A DNA stretch of 64,000 nt from Octopus sinensis (Eukaryota). The notes beneath the pieces are model-generated. The model ran no database searches. It was not told the DNA's origin and worked only from the letters and a program-made list of their open reading frames with translations. Every line of letters begins with the position of its first letter. Position 1 is the first letter of the stretch. Below are positions 13,381 to 26,284 of the stretch, one piece after another. The stretch spans positions 106,454,001 through 106,518,000 of the forward strand of contig NC_043004.1 of NCBI RefSeq assembly GCF_006345805.1, read 5' to 3'. A program made the position numbers and the translations under genes.

Positions 13381-16300
13381 GTTGGTTTCATTATTCTTAA
13401 TAATTTGTACTTGGTATACTCACTGTCCTTTTCTTTAGTTGACAAAAATGTAAACAATAAATTTTACTAAAGAATCTTAGGAATTTATCTGAAGAAGACA
13501 TATTCATAATTTAGAAAAAAGGGAGGTATAGTTCTCCGTCTTCAAGCCAACCCTACAGCTCTTATAACTTTCTAACAATCTGGTACTAAGTTTTGTTATT
13601 GTAACTTTTCATCATACAGAAAGGGAACATCAGTTTCACTGAATATGAGTTAATATGTTTTGAGAAAGAACTTCGAATAACATATTCTTTTACTGATTTC
13701 AGTCAATGGATTTTGATAATGCCTATACAGGAGCATCACCATCTAGGAGATAGCTGAATGAATCAACACTGACCTATGGTTAAGTCAAAGTTGCTAAGGA
13801 TCAGATGATGAGTAAACACTTATAATAATAACAAAGCTCATCTTGCTCAGAGAATGCAAAGCTGCAGCCTCTTTTTTGGCTCATTGCTTTGTTGTGTCAT
13901 CATCTTTGAAGAGGCATTTTCTCTGGCTGGCTTCATGGTATGTTGCTCAGTTATACTGAGCAACTGTTTTAAAGTCCTGGAGTATGTTGAACCATGAATA
14001 TTGTGCAAGAATTGTTAGAGATTTAAATAGGCTATTAAAATCTTCCATTTAAAAATTATGTCTATTTGAATTTATATAGTAGATACAAAACCATATTTTT
14101 TTAAAGAATTCAACCACTGTCTGTGACAATACCTGGAAGACAATTATATTTCACACAAAAGATGTAGACAATATATATTGGAATGCTGCTTTCACTAAAG
14201 TTCCTATCTTCAAAAAGTTTGCATGCAGTTTCAAATATCATGGAAAACAGAAAATAATTGAATCTTTCATTCACATTTAAATTTTCTTACACTTTTAAAC
14301 TGCTTAAAAAATTTCAAATATATTCGAGCATTATAAAAACTAGCAGTTCAATTTTTATGTTCTATAAAATCATAAAACCTGAATATTTTAGAAATATTAA
14401 CAAATTCATAATTGAAATATATTAAAGAATAGATTATTTTCTATCTTCCATAGTATTTGAAACTGCATGTTAACTTTTTGAAGATATGACTTAAATGTAC
14501 AATTTTTATAATGATAGCATTCCAATACATAATGCTTGTGTGTGTGTTCTGTTTTTATGATAATTATTTAAATTCCTCCCATGTGGAAGGAGCTGGTTTC
14601 TAACAAAGATGCAAAGCTCCATCGTTAGGATATAGATAACAAAATCAATGTCATATTTTAAACTTGAGAAAAGTCTTGCATATTTTTACTATTTCACTTA
14701 TAGTTTGTATTTGTAATGTGCAAATCAGTTGATTGGTTTCTTTTTCTGAAAACCCTAGCTTACCCATATTGCCACTTTGGAATCTACTCACAAAACCAAA
14801 TTGGTATAAATTGGTATTAATGCAAATTTATAATCTGGATATAAAAGCTGGAGGTTTTGAAGCGGTTGTCCATAGTTATTCTCTTTCTCTTTGAAAACCA
14901 AAGAGATGTTCACATCAGGAGGACAGCTGACATCTATGACTATACATACTTTTTTTGTCTCAAACAACATTTGACTTGTTATGTTTACACTTGACAGATG
15001 TTTTGATGGGAATGTATTGATGTTTGTGTGTGTATTCTCTGTATTTATTCCAGGACAGTTTCTTTTTTTTACTGAATGGCATTGTACATTGTTTTTGCAA
15101 CAGTGTTGTGCCATGTAGGGAGGTAGTACCTTGATGACATTTTTGGACAACTACCAATCACATGTGTTGTCTTCTGCAGAAATATAACATAATCTACATT
15201 TTTGGTGTATGTGTGTACATATATGTGTGTTTGGATATGTATGAGTGAGAGAAAAAAGAAAGAAAAAAGAAAAACATATATCTTATGCTATCACTAGGGA
15301 TGTATATAGATTCATAGGGCCAGTTTTCTAGTTTCCATGACATGATAATTCCCACCCACCCTGTGGATGGAACATCAGCCCATCACAGGATTATCCACTT
15401 TTTGCCAGCTGAATGGATTGGAGCAATGTGAAATAAAGTATTTTGCTCAAGAACATGACATGTTACCCAGTCAAGTAATCACAACCACAATCTCAGGATC
15501 ATGATTCTAACAATTTAACCACCCTGTTATGCCTCAGGGTGAAATTTTGCTGAAGATTCCTTAGCAAATGGTAACATTGTTACAAGGTAGACAAATATTG
15601 GCACCTTGTGACTTTGCTCTGCTACCCCATCACTACCATCTTTATTTTCTTCTCAGTTACTCCCACCAACCCTCATATAATGTGGTTTAGTCAGGCTTCT
15701 CTTCTTGTTCCTTTATCATACTTTATCCTCTCAACACCCAGCATACAGACACTTCTCCTTCGCAGATACTCTCCCCCCCCCACACACACATACACTTAGT
15801 CAAGGGAGGCTTTTTTCCTTTTTTCCTGTCTTGCAAATTATGTGATGACCTCACTAGTGCTGGATACACGAAAAAAACACCCAGTATACATTGTCTAGTT
15901 GTTGGCTCTAGGAAGGCCATCCAGCTGTAAAAACCATGCCAAAACAGACATTGAAGCTCAGTGCAGTCCTGCAGCTTGCTAGATCCTGTCAAACCATCCA
16001 ATCCATACCAGCATGGAAAATGGACATTAAGTGATGATGATGATATATATAACACACACACATTGGTGAATTTGTTTTGAATGTGTGAATATAATCTTGG
16101 ATTATATGTAGGTACTGGCACTAAGGTGCCGCATAAAGCGCATCAGTGTTGGTGCTGGTACCATGCATAAAGCATTGGTGATGGCACCACATAAAAAGTA
16201 CGCAGTACACTCTGTAAAGTGGTAGGCATTAGGAAGGGCAGCCAGCTGTAGAAACCAAGTCAAAACAGACTATGGAACCTAGTATTGCCTCTGGCCTTAC

Positions 16301-19233
16301 CAGCTTCTGTCGATCCATCTAACCCATGCCAGCATGAAAAATGAACATTAAATAATGATACCAACAGTGATGATGCCCATCCTTACTTTGCTTTACACCA
16401 ACTGAGGATTACCTCTGATTTCCACTTGAGTACCAACACATAACTATAATATTCATTCCTGAAAACTTTGCTGTAATGAGGAAATTCCATAATGCAAGAC
16501 CCACTGTCCCAATGATTTCCCCATTATTAAATTGCAATGAATTTCAACATAATTTTTTCACTTACAAAAAAAACAAAATCCAAAAACAAAATGAAAACTC
16601 AAAACTGTGCAACCACTTCTATGATCATAACCAGAGTTTCCATTTGGGGAAATCCTTGTGTTGATTTAACACATAATTTCCTACACCTGTATATAGAAGA
16701 CACTCTAAACTTTACCACAAATGTGTAGTCAACATGTTAATACTTACTCATGTAACCCACAGCACACCTAAATAACAGACACCTACACACCAACACACAC
16801 AATACACACCTATATACATGCCAACAAGCACCCATATATGTCTATGTTGTATATGTTTTTAATTGACTAGAAGAAAAATTGTAGTACTCAATTAAGACTG
16901 GCTTTTGTTAGGAGATAAAACAGTCGCTCACCCTATTGTTCTCAGTGACATTAAGCATGGCTCTAAAATAGAAAGAAAAAAAACGATGTCAGCTGAAGAA
17001 GTACATTTGGTATGTTATTGTGCTAACAAGAAGTAGTATGTTGGCTGCACTGTTTTAAGAAATCAGATATTTTAGTTGTGTTTAGTCCTGTTCATCCCTG
17101 TCAGCCTGTGACTGTACCATATTATTTCTTCGGACATAAATGTAACTGAGACTACAATCTAGTGTGTTTTTGTTTTTTAAATTTTTTTTAAAGATAGTAG
17201 GAGTGGCTACGTGGTAAGTAGCTTGTTTACCAACCACATGGTTCCAGGTTCAGACCACTCTGTGGCACCTTGGGCAAGTGTCTTCTACTATAGCCTTGGG
17301 CTGACCAAAGCCTTGTGAGTGGATTTGGTAGACGGAAACTGAAAGAAGCCTGTCATATATATATATATATATATATGTGTATGTGTGTGTGTATATGTTT
17401 GTGCCTGTGTTTGTCTCCCCAAACATCGCTTGACAACCGATGCTGGTGTGTTTATGCCCCCGTAAATTAGCAGTTCGGCAAAAGAGACCAATAGAATAAG
17501 TACTAGGCTTACAAGCAATAAGTCCTGGGGTCGATTTGCTTGACTAAAAGCAGTGCTCCAGCATGGCCACAGTCAAATGACTGAAACAAGTAAAAGAATA
17601 AAAGAATAGTAGTGGCTTTTGTGGGACAAGGGGATGGCTATTTAGCTGCTACTTCTAGCTATTCAAATAACCACATCATTGACCAGTCATTGACTTGTTG
17701 GCATTTTAGTCTCCATTAAAAGTGCTATTTAGTTTTATGGAGATGTTTTACTATCATCAGCAGTCATCTCCAGTCACTGTATTGTGGTTCTAATTCTGTT
17801 GGCAACAACCTAAGATTTTGTAGCATATATTCAGACCTTAATTTTTCCCTGGCATCATTTATTTCAGCGATGTCATCAAGGTATGTCAACAAACAAGTTA
17901 CCTGGCAGTACCTGTATCAACACTCTGAGTGTTCAGTGTGTCAATAGACAGGTTACTCAATGCTATAGTATGACCAGAGTTGATGACCCTTTAGTCACTC
18001 CTGAACAAATTAAATCTTAACCCTTTAGTATTTCAACTGGTCATATCTGGCCAAAATATTCTTCCTGTTTTGCGTTCAAACTGGCCAGATCCAGCTTCTC
18101 ACACCTACCCTACAATGTTAGTCTAAAAAATATACAGTCACTTCATCAAAATCCCATGGCTACAAGATAATGCATTATAAATTCAAAACAACGTGAATAA
18201 ATTAGCATTGAAAGAGTAATCTCGTGTTAAAGGGTTAAAGCTGCTATACTACAATTAGACAATTCTTTACTGGAATAAAAGAGGAGGACAAAAATGAGAT
18301 TCATATTTTCTAGGACAAGTTAGTGCAGAAGCCTTGATGTGGTTGTTTGGACTGCTAGAAATAGCAGCTAATTCTCCCCCAAAACACACCCTACTATCTT
18401 TAAATCATTTGAATTTCTAAAAAAAAAAAATGTTTAACAATGTAATTAACTATATTTTCATGATTAGGTGAGACAAAATAGTAATGTAGCTATTGTTTCA
18501 ATAAATTAATAAGAAGCATAGGATATTATGAAATGGAATATGAAAACATGATGTGTAAAAAAATGTAATTAAATTGTCTGTATTGTAACATAGTAGCTTT
18601 AAGATTTAATTTGTCCATTATTGACTTCATGGTCATTAGCTCAGACCATACTTCAGAATTTATGCTGTCTGTTGACACATTCAGTACTTGGAGAAGCCAG
18701 TTCACATGCTTGTTATCATCATCATCATCATCATCGTTTAACGTCCGTTCTCCATGCTAGCATGGGTTGGACGGTTCGACCGGGGATCTGGGAAGCCAGA
18801 AGGCTGCACGAGGCTCCAGTCTTATCTGGCAATGTTTCTACAGCTGGATGCCCTTCCTAATGCCAACCACTCCGTGAGTGTAGTGGGTGCTTTTTACGTG
18901 CCACCTGCACAGGTGCCAAGCAAGGCTGGCAACAGCCACGGTCGGATTGGTATATTTTATGTGCCACCGGCACGGAAGCCAGTCGAGGTGGCGCAGAAAA
19001 GGCAGATAAGCAAAAGCAGGGATGAGGAGTGATTTCCTACATCAGAGCTACCTACCATGGACAAAGGAGTTTGATCTTCTGACCTTCAGATTTATCTGAG
19101 CACTTTCTGGTGACTATATTATCTCTTTTCTCACTATAATTATAGAGATATCTATATTATCTCTCTCCTCTCTCTTTCCTCTCCTTTCTCTCTCTACACA
19201 TACATACATACATACACACACACATACATATAT

Positions 19234-19296
<63 letters not shown>

Positions 19297-22200
19297 TACA
19301 TATATGCATGCATGCATACATACATACATACATGTACACATGCCTACATACCCCAAGAAAATGATACATGTATGTGCTAGGCTGTGCCTGTACATATCAT
19401 AAAATTATAAAGTACCCAGATACCATGTGCATTTTATTTATCTATTTATTTGTTTTTTTTATAACGGTTTCATCTGGAGGGAGGAGTCGTACCCATAGCC
19501 TTTGCAAAAATTTTGAGACTAGTGAGACCAGTGTGGTCCTTCTTGTTGGACAGCAGGAAATTGGTAACTGCAGAAAATCAGGGGCCGAGAAGAAACAACC
19601 TAATGACATACACAAGGGAAGATAATACAAACACTCTCCAAGTATTCTTTGTTGAAGTGCCTCAATGTCAATCATTCCTGGTGAGGTGTAACATACTAGA
19701 ATACTGCTGCTATTACTTGTCTACTAAAACACATTAATTTGACATGCATGCATGCATACATACATGCATACATACATGCATACATACATACATACTATGC
19801 ATGAATATGTAGTGATGCTGCTGTGTAAGGTTCAGCGCACATGCGCAGAATGGGATTACTTCCGGTTGGCCACCGGAAGTCTTCCCCATGCGCATGTGCG
19901 GGAAACTGACCCCTAAAACGCGGTTCGCTCATTCATCCTTTCTGGCCCTTGCAGCACCCGTGAACGGACGTGTATTGGCAGTCTCTGAAGACTTCATACC
20001 AACCAAGCAGTGAACCACGACGAATCATTTCGACTAACAAACAAGAATCAGTACTACAGATTCAGCTGTCGGTTTCCCTCCAGAGAACACGTACACCAGT
20101 TCTACATTTCGATGAGAAATAAACAACCATTTTGCTGTGTTCATCGATCGCCTGACTTGTCTGTTATTTTAACTAAAATTGAATGTGACGGGATCAGATT
20201 GGACACCCCTCCAGTGATACTGAAACTGATCCTGTTACAAATATATTGCCCGGAAGCTTGATGAAGATAGCAGAATTGACACGAAGTGCACCCTCTCTTG
20301 GACCCAAGACCACTACATCACATCACACTTCAAAGGCTTTGTGTTTGCAATCCAGGAACAAAAGATTGCCACAAAGTACCTGGTGAACAAGAGAGACAGT
20401 GACACTCTTGTAATCTCAAGGTGCAACCGCGTGTGTAGGCTATGTCATGTTTTTGTGGAAGACATCACGCATGTGATTAGCAGCTGCCCTAAAATGCTGT
20501 CATGGTACTACCTCCCTATGCAGCATGATGTTGTCATTAAAACTATTTACAATGCCATCCGCAAAAAAGACTGTCCTGAAATAAACTTAGTAAATCCTTC
20601 AGTTATGGAATACATTCATAAACACCAACTCAAGGAATACTAGTGGAATATTCCCATCAAAACTTCTGCCAAATGTAAGCATTATAGGCCGGATGTTGTT
20701 GTTTTGGACATAGGGGCAAAGGTATGTACTATCATAGAGGTCATCTGCCCTGTAGATGTAAATATCTCTTTGAAAATCAAAGAAAAAGAGGATATCGATG
20801 GATAATTGCTTTGAAACCTCCAGCTTCTATATCCAGACTATGAATTCATATTCATACCAATAACAAATGGATCACTAGGTTTTGTTAGTAAATGCTTAAA
20901 GGAGAATTTGGATAAACTGAGATTTTCAGAAAGAGAAAATGACTGGCTAATTCATACAAATGCAATCTGTGAGTGGAACAGTAAAAATATGCAAAACTTT
21001 TCTCAAGTTCCAAATGTGAATTTGTCTGTGTTGACTACATCCCAAAGATGGAGCCTTGTATCTTTGTTGGAAACCAGCTCTCTCTTCAGTGGAAGATTTA
21101 ATAATTAAGAAATAGGAGAGATGTTGTGGCTAGGACACTCTATAATGAAATCTGTTGGAAGGATAATTCCGAGGACAAAGAAATAAGAGCCCACAATATG
21201 ATAGAAGCCATAGCCACTCGTAATAAAATGGAATACTGGTGGAATGTACCAGTGAAGGCCTCAATAAAATGTAAGCACAACAGACCTGATATAAAGATTT
21301 GGGATAGAGAAGAGAAACTGCACAGTTGTGGAAATTAGCTGCCCAGCAGATGTTAACGTAAAGCTGAAGATCAGTGAAGAAGAGAACACTTATGCTGAAC
21401 TATTGAAAAATCTGTAGTTATTCTATCCAGATGACAAGTTCAGGTTTATACCTGTAATTATTGGGGCTGTGGGATATGTAACACACTGCCTAAATACCAA
21501 TCTTGAGAAATTAGGTTTCTCAAAATCAGAAAGGAGAAAGCTAATTCGAAGACTACACATCCAGTCAATCACTGGAACTGTAAAAATCTGTAAAACTTTC
21601 CAGAAGTTTATCATTTAAATATATATGAGCATGTCTAGATATGCAACTATATAAGAGACATAAAACATACAAATCTGCACATACATATATACATACAAAC
21701 AAAAATACCCTGTTGTTGATGCTGAAATTCCAATGAAGGAGCCAGGCAGGGAGGGTTAGTAATGGATTCAAGAACTAAGATAGAAAATAAGGTTTGATAG
21801 AAGACAAGAGATATACAGTGGGAAATAGTATAATGTATGCATTTTCAGGGAAGGGTCTACTGTAGTAAATGGAATTCATGGATTTGAGACAATTCACAAT
21901 CTCAGATTTTAATTTCATGTGTTGAATGCAACAACTATTGAAATTCATTATCTAATTAAATATGTAATTCATAAAACATATGTACACATACACTTTGTAA
22001 TTCCTACCAGTATTTGTATATATATATATATATATATAAATTGTATATATTTTTTCAGAAACATGCCTTTAGAGACAACAACTAGTATGTGAAGAATTAT
22101 TTATTATTTTTAATGTCTGAACCAGCATGTATTGAATATATTTTGCTATATAATACTAACAATATTTTGATGTGTTATTTTTTCTTCCCTCTAATCCTGT

Positions 22201-25200
22201 TATTAGTAGAAATGTTGTGTAAGTCATAGGGTTTGGGGACACCTAATGAAGACTTCTTCCTGTAATAATTTAGAAATCAATACTTGACTGCTTTTCTTAT
22301 GCATTCTTCCATGGGACCCAAGAAAAGTAATTGAGCGTCAAATGGCTGTGCTAGTATTGAATTCATTTAAAGCAACTCATTTATATGTTTTAGTCATAGA
22401 CAAAAAGGCTGTATCTATAAACTTTTTGGTTGGAAGAATTTATCTTTAGTGTAGTGTCCTGGCCCAAATGCTTGCATAAGAATAGACTCCTCTAAAAAGT
22501 AATCAAAGGCCAGGTGTTAGTGATAAACAAGGTAACAAATTAAATTTACCACTCTGGAATAATTTACCAAACTTTACCCTACATCTGATGTGCTTCCTGA
22601 TAGTTTCCATTGACCTAATCACACTCATTAACCTTTGTTTGATCTGGAGTTATGCCATGCAGTGTACAATATTGCTTACTTTGTAATTTTACTACATTTT
22701 ATCACTAAGTACATTTACATTTGTTTTGTGATCAATACTTTGGCAAGTACACTGAAAGCTATGCTTTGCTGATGACTTCAGATAAATGCTGAAACATGGT
22801 CAAGTTGTATCTCATACTTGCTGAAAGCACTGAAAATAATACTAAACATAGATTAATATTGTGTTTTCTTCATTGTAACTCTATCATATCTTGGACAAGT
22901 GAAAGAATTTTTAAAATAATGGAATACAAAAACTGAAAAATCAGCTTGAAAAATTACTGTATTTTAACGTGTATAAGGAACCCTAATTTTGGGGTTTAAA
23001 ATTTAGAAAAAATGGTTTTGTAAGGGATTATAATAGTATCCATGTATAAGAAACTCCCATATTTTCTTAACCAAATTTTTGACAAAAGAAGGTTCCTTAT
23101 GTTAAAATACAGTAATTCTTTTTATTATTTTGAGGTTAAATTATTAAGACACTAAGTCAGTAGTTCTAAATCTTTCAGACACAATGGCCCAAATAGTTCA
23201 AAGAATATTCTTGGATTTAATTGTTTTTGGCTTTAAAGCTCTGTTAGAAGTTACTCTCAGTCATGTGTTCTTTAGTAAAAGTTTTCTTGTTTCATATAGA
23301 TTTATCATCACTGATCACAATGTGTTCCTTGCATTGTTGTAGCTTTCAAATGGTGTCACCCTAACTGGCCAGGTGGGCAAGCCAACATTCTCCCTCAACA
23401 GGATGCTAGTCCATTGCATAGTTACTCATTTTTAGTTGAGTGAACTGGAGCAACACAAAATAAAACATTTTACTCAGGAACGCAACATGCTGCTGGTCTT
23501 GGTATCAAAACCATGATCCTGCTATCACGAGTACAACACCCTGACTACATGGCCATGTGCCTTCATACATTTATTATAGTATTTCTTAAATTAGTTTTTA
23601 GTTTTGTAATTTAAAGATTTTTGTTTGTTCACATTGACTTTGCCTGTCAATGTTCTCCCTGGCTGTTACTTTAATACTGAAATCAATTTATTAGCTTTTC
23701 TTTGTGTGTGTTGTTCACCTTTTAACAAAACTTCAGATTTTGCATGATATGTTCTCATATAACATTTCCGGAGTAAGCAATAGATACGCGTGTGTGCGTG
23801 TGTGTAAGTTAAGCGATCTTGTATTGATAGCTAACTAGTGAAGGTAAGAAATCTATTTTTGATCTTGGTAGAGTCTCTTTAGCAAAGTTTATTTATATCT
23901 GTTGATAAGACTTAGAGGTAATTAGAATATGTAGAAATATATATATATATCATTTAATGTCCATTTTTTACTTGCTTGTGTAAGTCAGATGGAATTTATT
24001 GAGGCAAGTTTTAAATGCCAACCCTCACCTGTTTCCAAGCAATATTGGAAATTACTATGCTGGTATGATAGCGACACTCAAGAAAACACAGACATGCTCA
24101 CATGGCTCAATGTGTCGAAAAGGTTTTGATAGAAATTCAATACACTGTACCCAGTGCAAGCTATAGATATATAAGAGGTGCAGTGGTATCACATGAAGGT
24201 TAACAGAGAAAGTAGTCTTTGTGAGGAGTGCAGATTGAAAGTACAATAAACACTAAGAATGTATGGAAAATAGACTTCTTCAAATGTCCAGGGTAATCCT
24301 TAGAAGTTGTAGATAGCTTCCATTACTTAGGTGACCAAGTTAGCTGTGGAGGAGGAAGCTCTGGAAGTATAGTTGCTTCAATAAGAACAGTCTGGGCAAA
24401 GTTCAGAGAGCTGCTACTTTTGCTGGTAAAAACGGGCTTCTCCCTCAGAGTGAAAGGTAGATTGTTTGATGCCTGTCTATGAACAGCTACATACAGTGAA
24501 ATATGGGTTGTGACTACAGAAAACATGTGAAGGCTTGAAAGAAATGAAGCCAGCATGCTTCATTGGATGGGTAGTGTCAGTGTGCATGTAGAACAGAGTG
24601 TTAGTGGTTTATAGGGAACATTGGGTGTTAGAAGCATCAGATGTAGTGTGTAAGAGAGAAAACTGCAGTGTGTCGTCAGGTATGATGAGGACAGCTGCAT
24701 AAAGAAGTACCAGTCTCTAATTGTGGAGGGAACATGTGAAAGGAGTAGACCCAGGAAGACGTGGTATAAAATGATGAGAAATGATTTTTAGATGTTGAGC
24801 CTCACAGAGGAGATGACAAGGGACCGAGACTTCTGGCAATTTGTTGTGCTTGAGAAGACACACGTCAAGCTAAGTAAAATCATAACCATCAATACATACA
24901 GGCACATCCTGTATGGCCATGCCCCACTCACACACACACACATACACACACAATCTATCTTCTGTCAAAACACCTTCACAACTCCTCTTTCCAGCACCCC
25001 TAACACTCGATGCTGGCCCCTCAACTCTCCCACACGTCTATCCGCACACTCTCCATGCCCTCACATGTATGCCATAGTCCCCTCTCAGCCACTCCAATTT
25101 CTTTCACTATCACATGCTGTCCCTAAACATCTCCTCTCACACTCTTATGGAACATCCCCCTCCATCCCCTCTACTATTTATACTCCCTCACACTGTTCCC

Positions 25201-26248
25201 TGTGATTAGCCCTCTTTTACTCCCTCTGATTTTCTCTCTATCATACTCTAACCACTTGCCCAGCACACAGCCACTTCTCTCAGTTACACTCCCTCTTTCA
25301 GCTGAGAGGTCTTTATCTTGTAAGCCACTTGGTGAACCTGCTGGTGCCATATAAAAACCAGTTGTGCTAGCGCCTTGGGAGGTGCTTTGTAAAAAGCACG
25401 CATGCTGGTGCCTTGCTGGTTCCACATAAAAAGCACCCAGTACACTCTTTAAAGTGGTTGGCATTAGGAAGCCATCTAGCCATAGTAACCATAGAAACCA
25501 ATGCTGAGACAGACAATTGGAGCCTGATGCAACTCTCCACTTTGCCAGCTCCTGTCAGACTGTCCAGTCCACGTCACATGGAAAATGGACGTTAAATTAT
25601 GATGATGATAATGAGGAGGATGTGTATATGTATTATATTTATTTGTAAAATATATTTAAAAATTTCCATTAACTTGCTTCCAGCATTGACCGATGAAAAA
25701 GCTTTCTTTTGTTGTGTTTTATATTTTATGTTTTTGTTGTATGCTGAAACTACTTAAAATTCTCAGTTGTGGCCCTACCAAGTGGCATAAGAGTTGGTTG
25801 ACTTTCATTTTTTAATTTTGTCCTCTAAACAGTGTAACTCTTTGACTGTCTTTAAGTATGTCACTAATCTAAATGCTATGATATCCTATTACTGTGTTCT
25901 GAATATTATGTAGTAAAAATTGCTTTATTTATTGCTCAGGAAACAGAAACCATTCTTGCCATCTGGAAACAATTTTAATGTTTTGTTTGTTTGTCCAACT
26001 CATTTTATTATGCCTGATTTTTTTTTTCTTTTTTCATCCTGGCTTGGGTTGGATGAATACGCAGCAAGGCATTGTTTTATAGTTGGCGGTCCTTTCTGTC
26101 ACTGACCCTTACCTATTTTTCTAGTGAGGGATTATTTATGCTTCTTATTTTTGAAAGCGTAGAGCTAGGGGATAATTGTTTGGGTTGGAAATGTTACAAG
26201 ACATCACTGATTTTCTTTTTTTTTACCTCAATACTTTCATATGAGCAT

Positions 26249-26284
<36 letters not shown>

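Noticed and set aside
17197-17270. SINE heads as tRNA genes
   Set aside because: A/B boxes present but no complete cloverleaf; always followed by SINE body.
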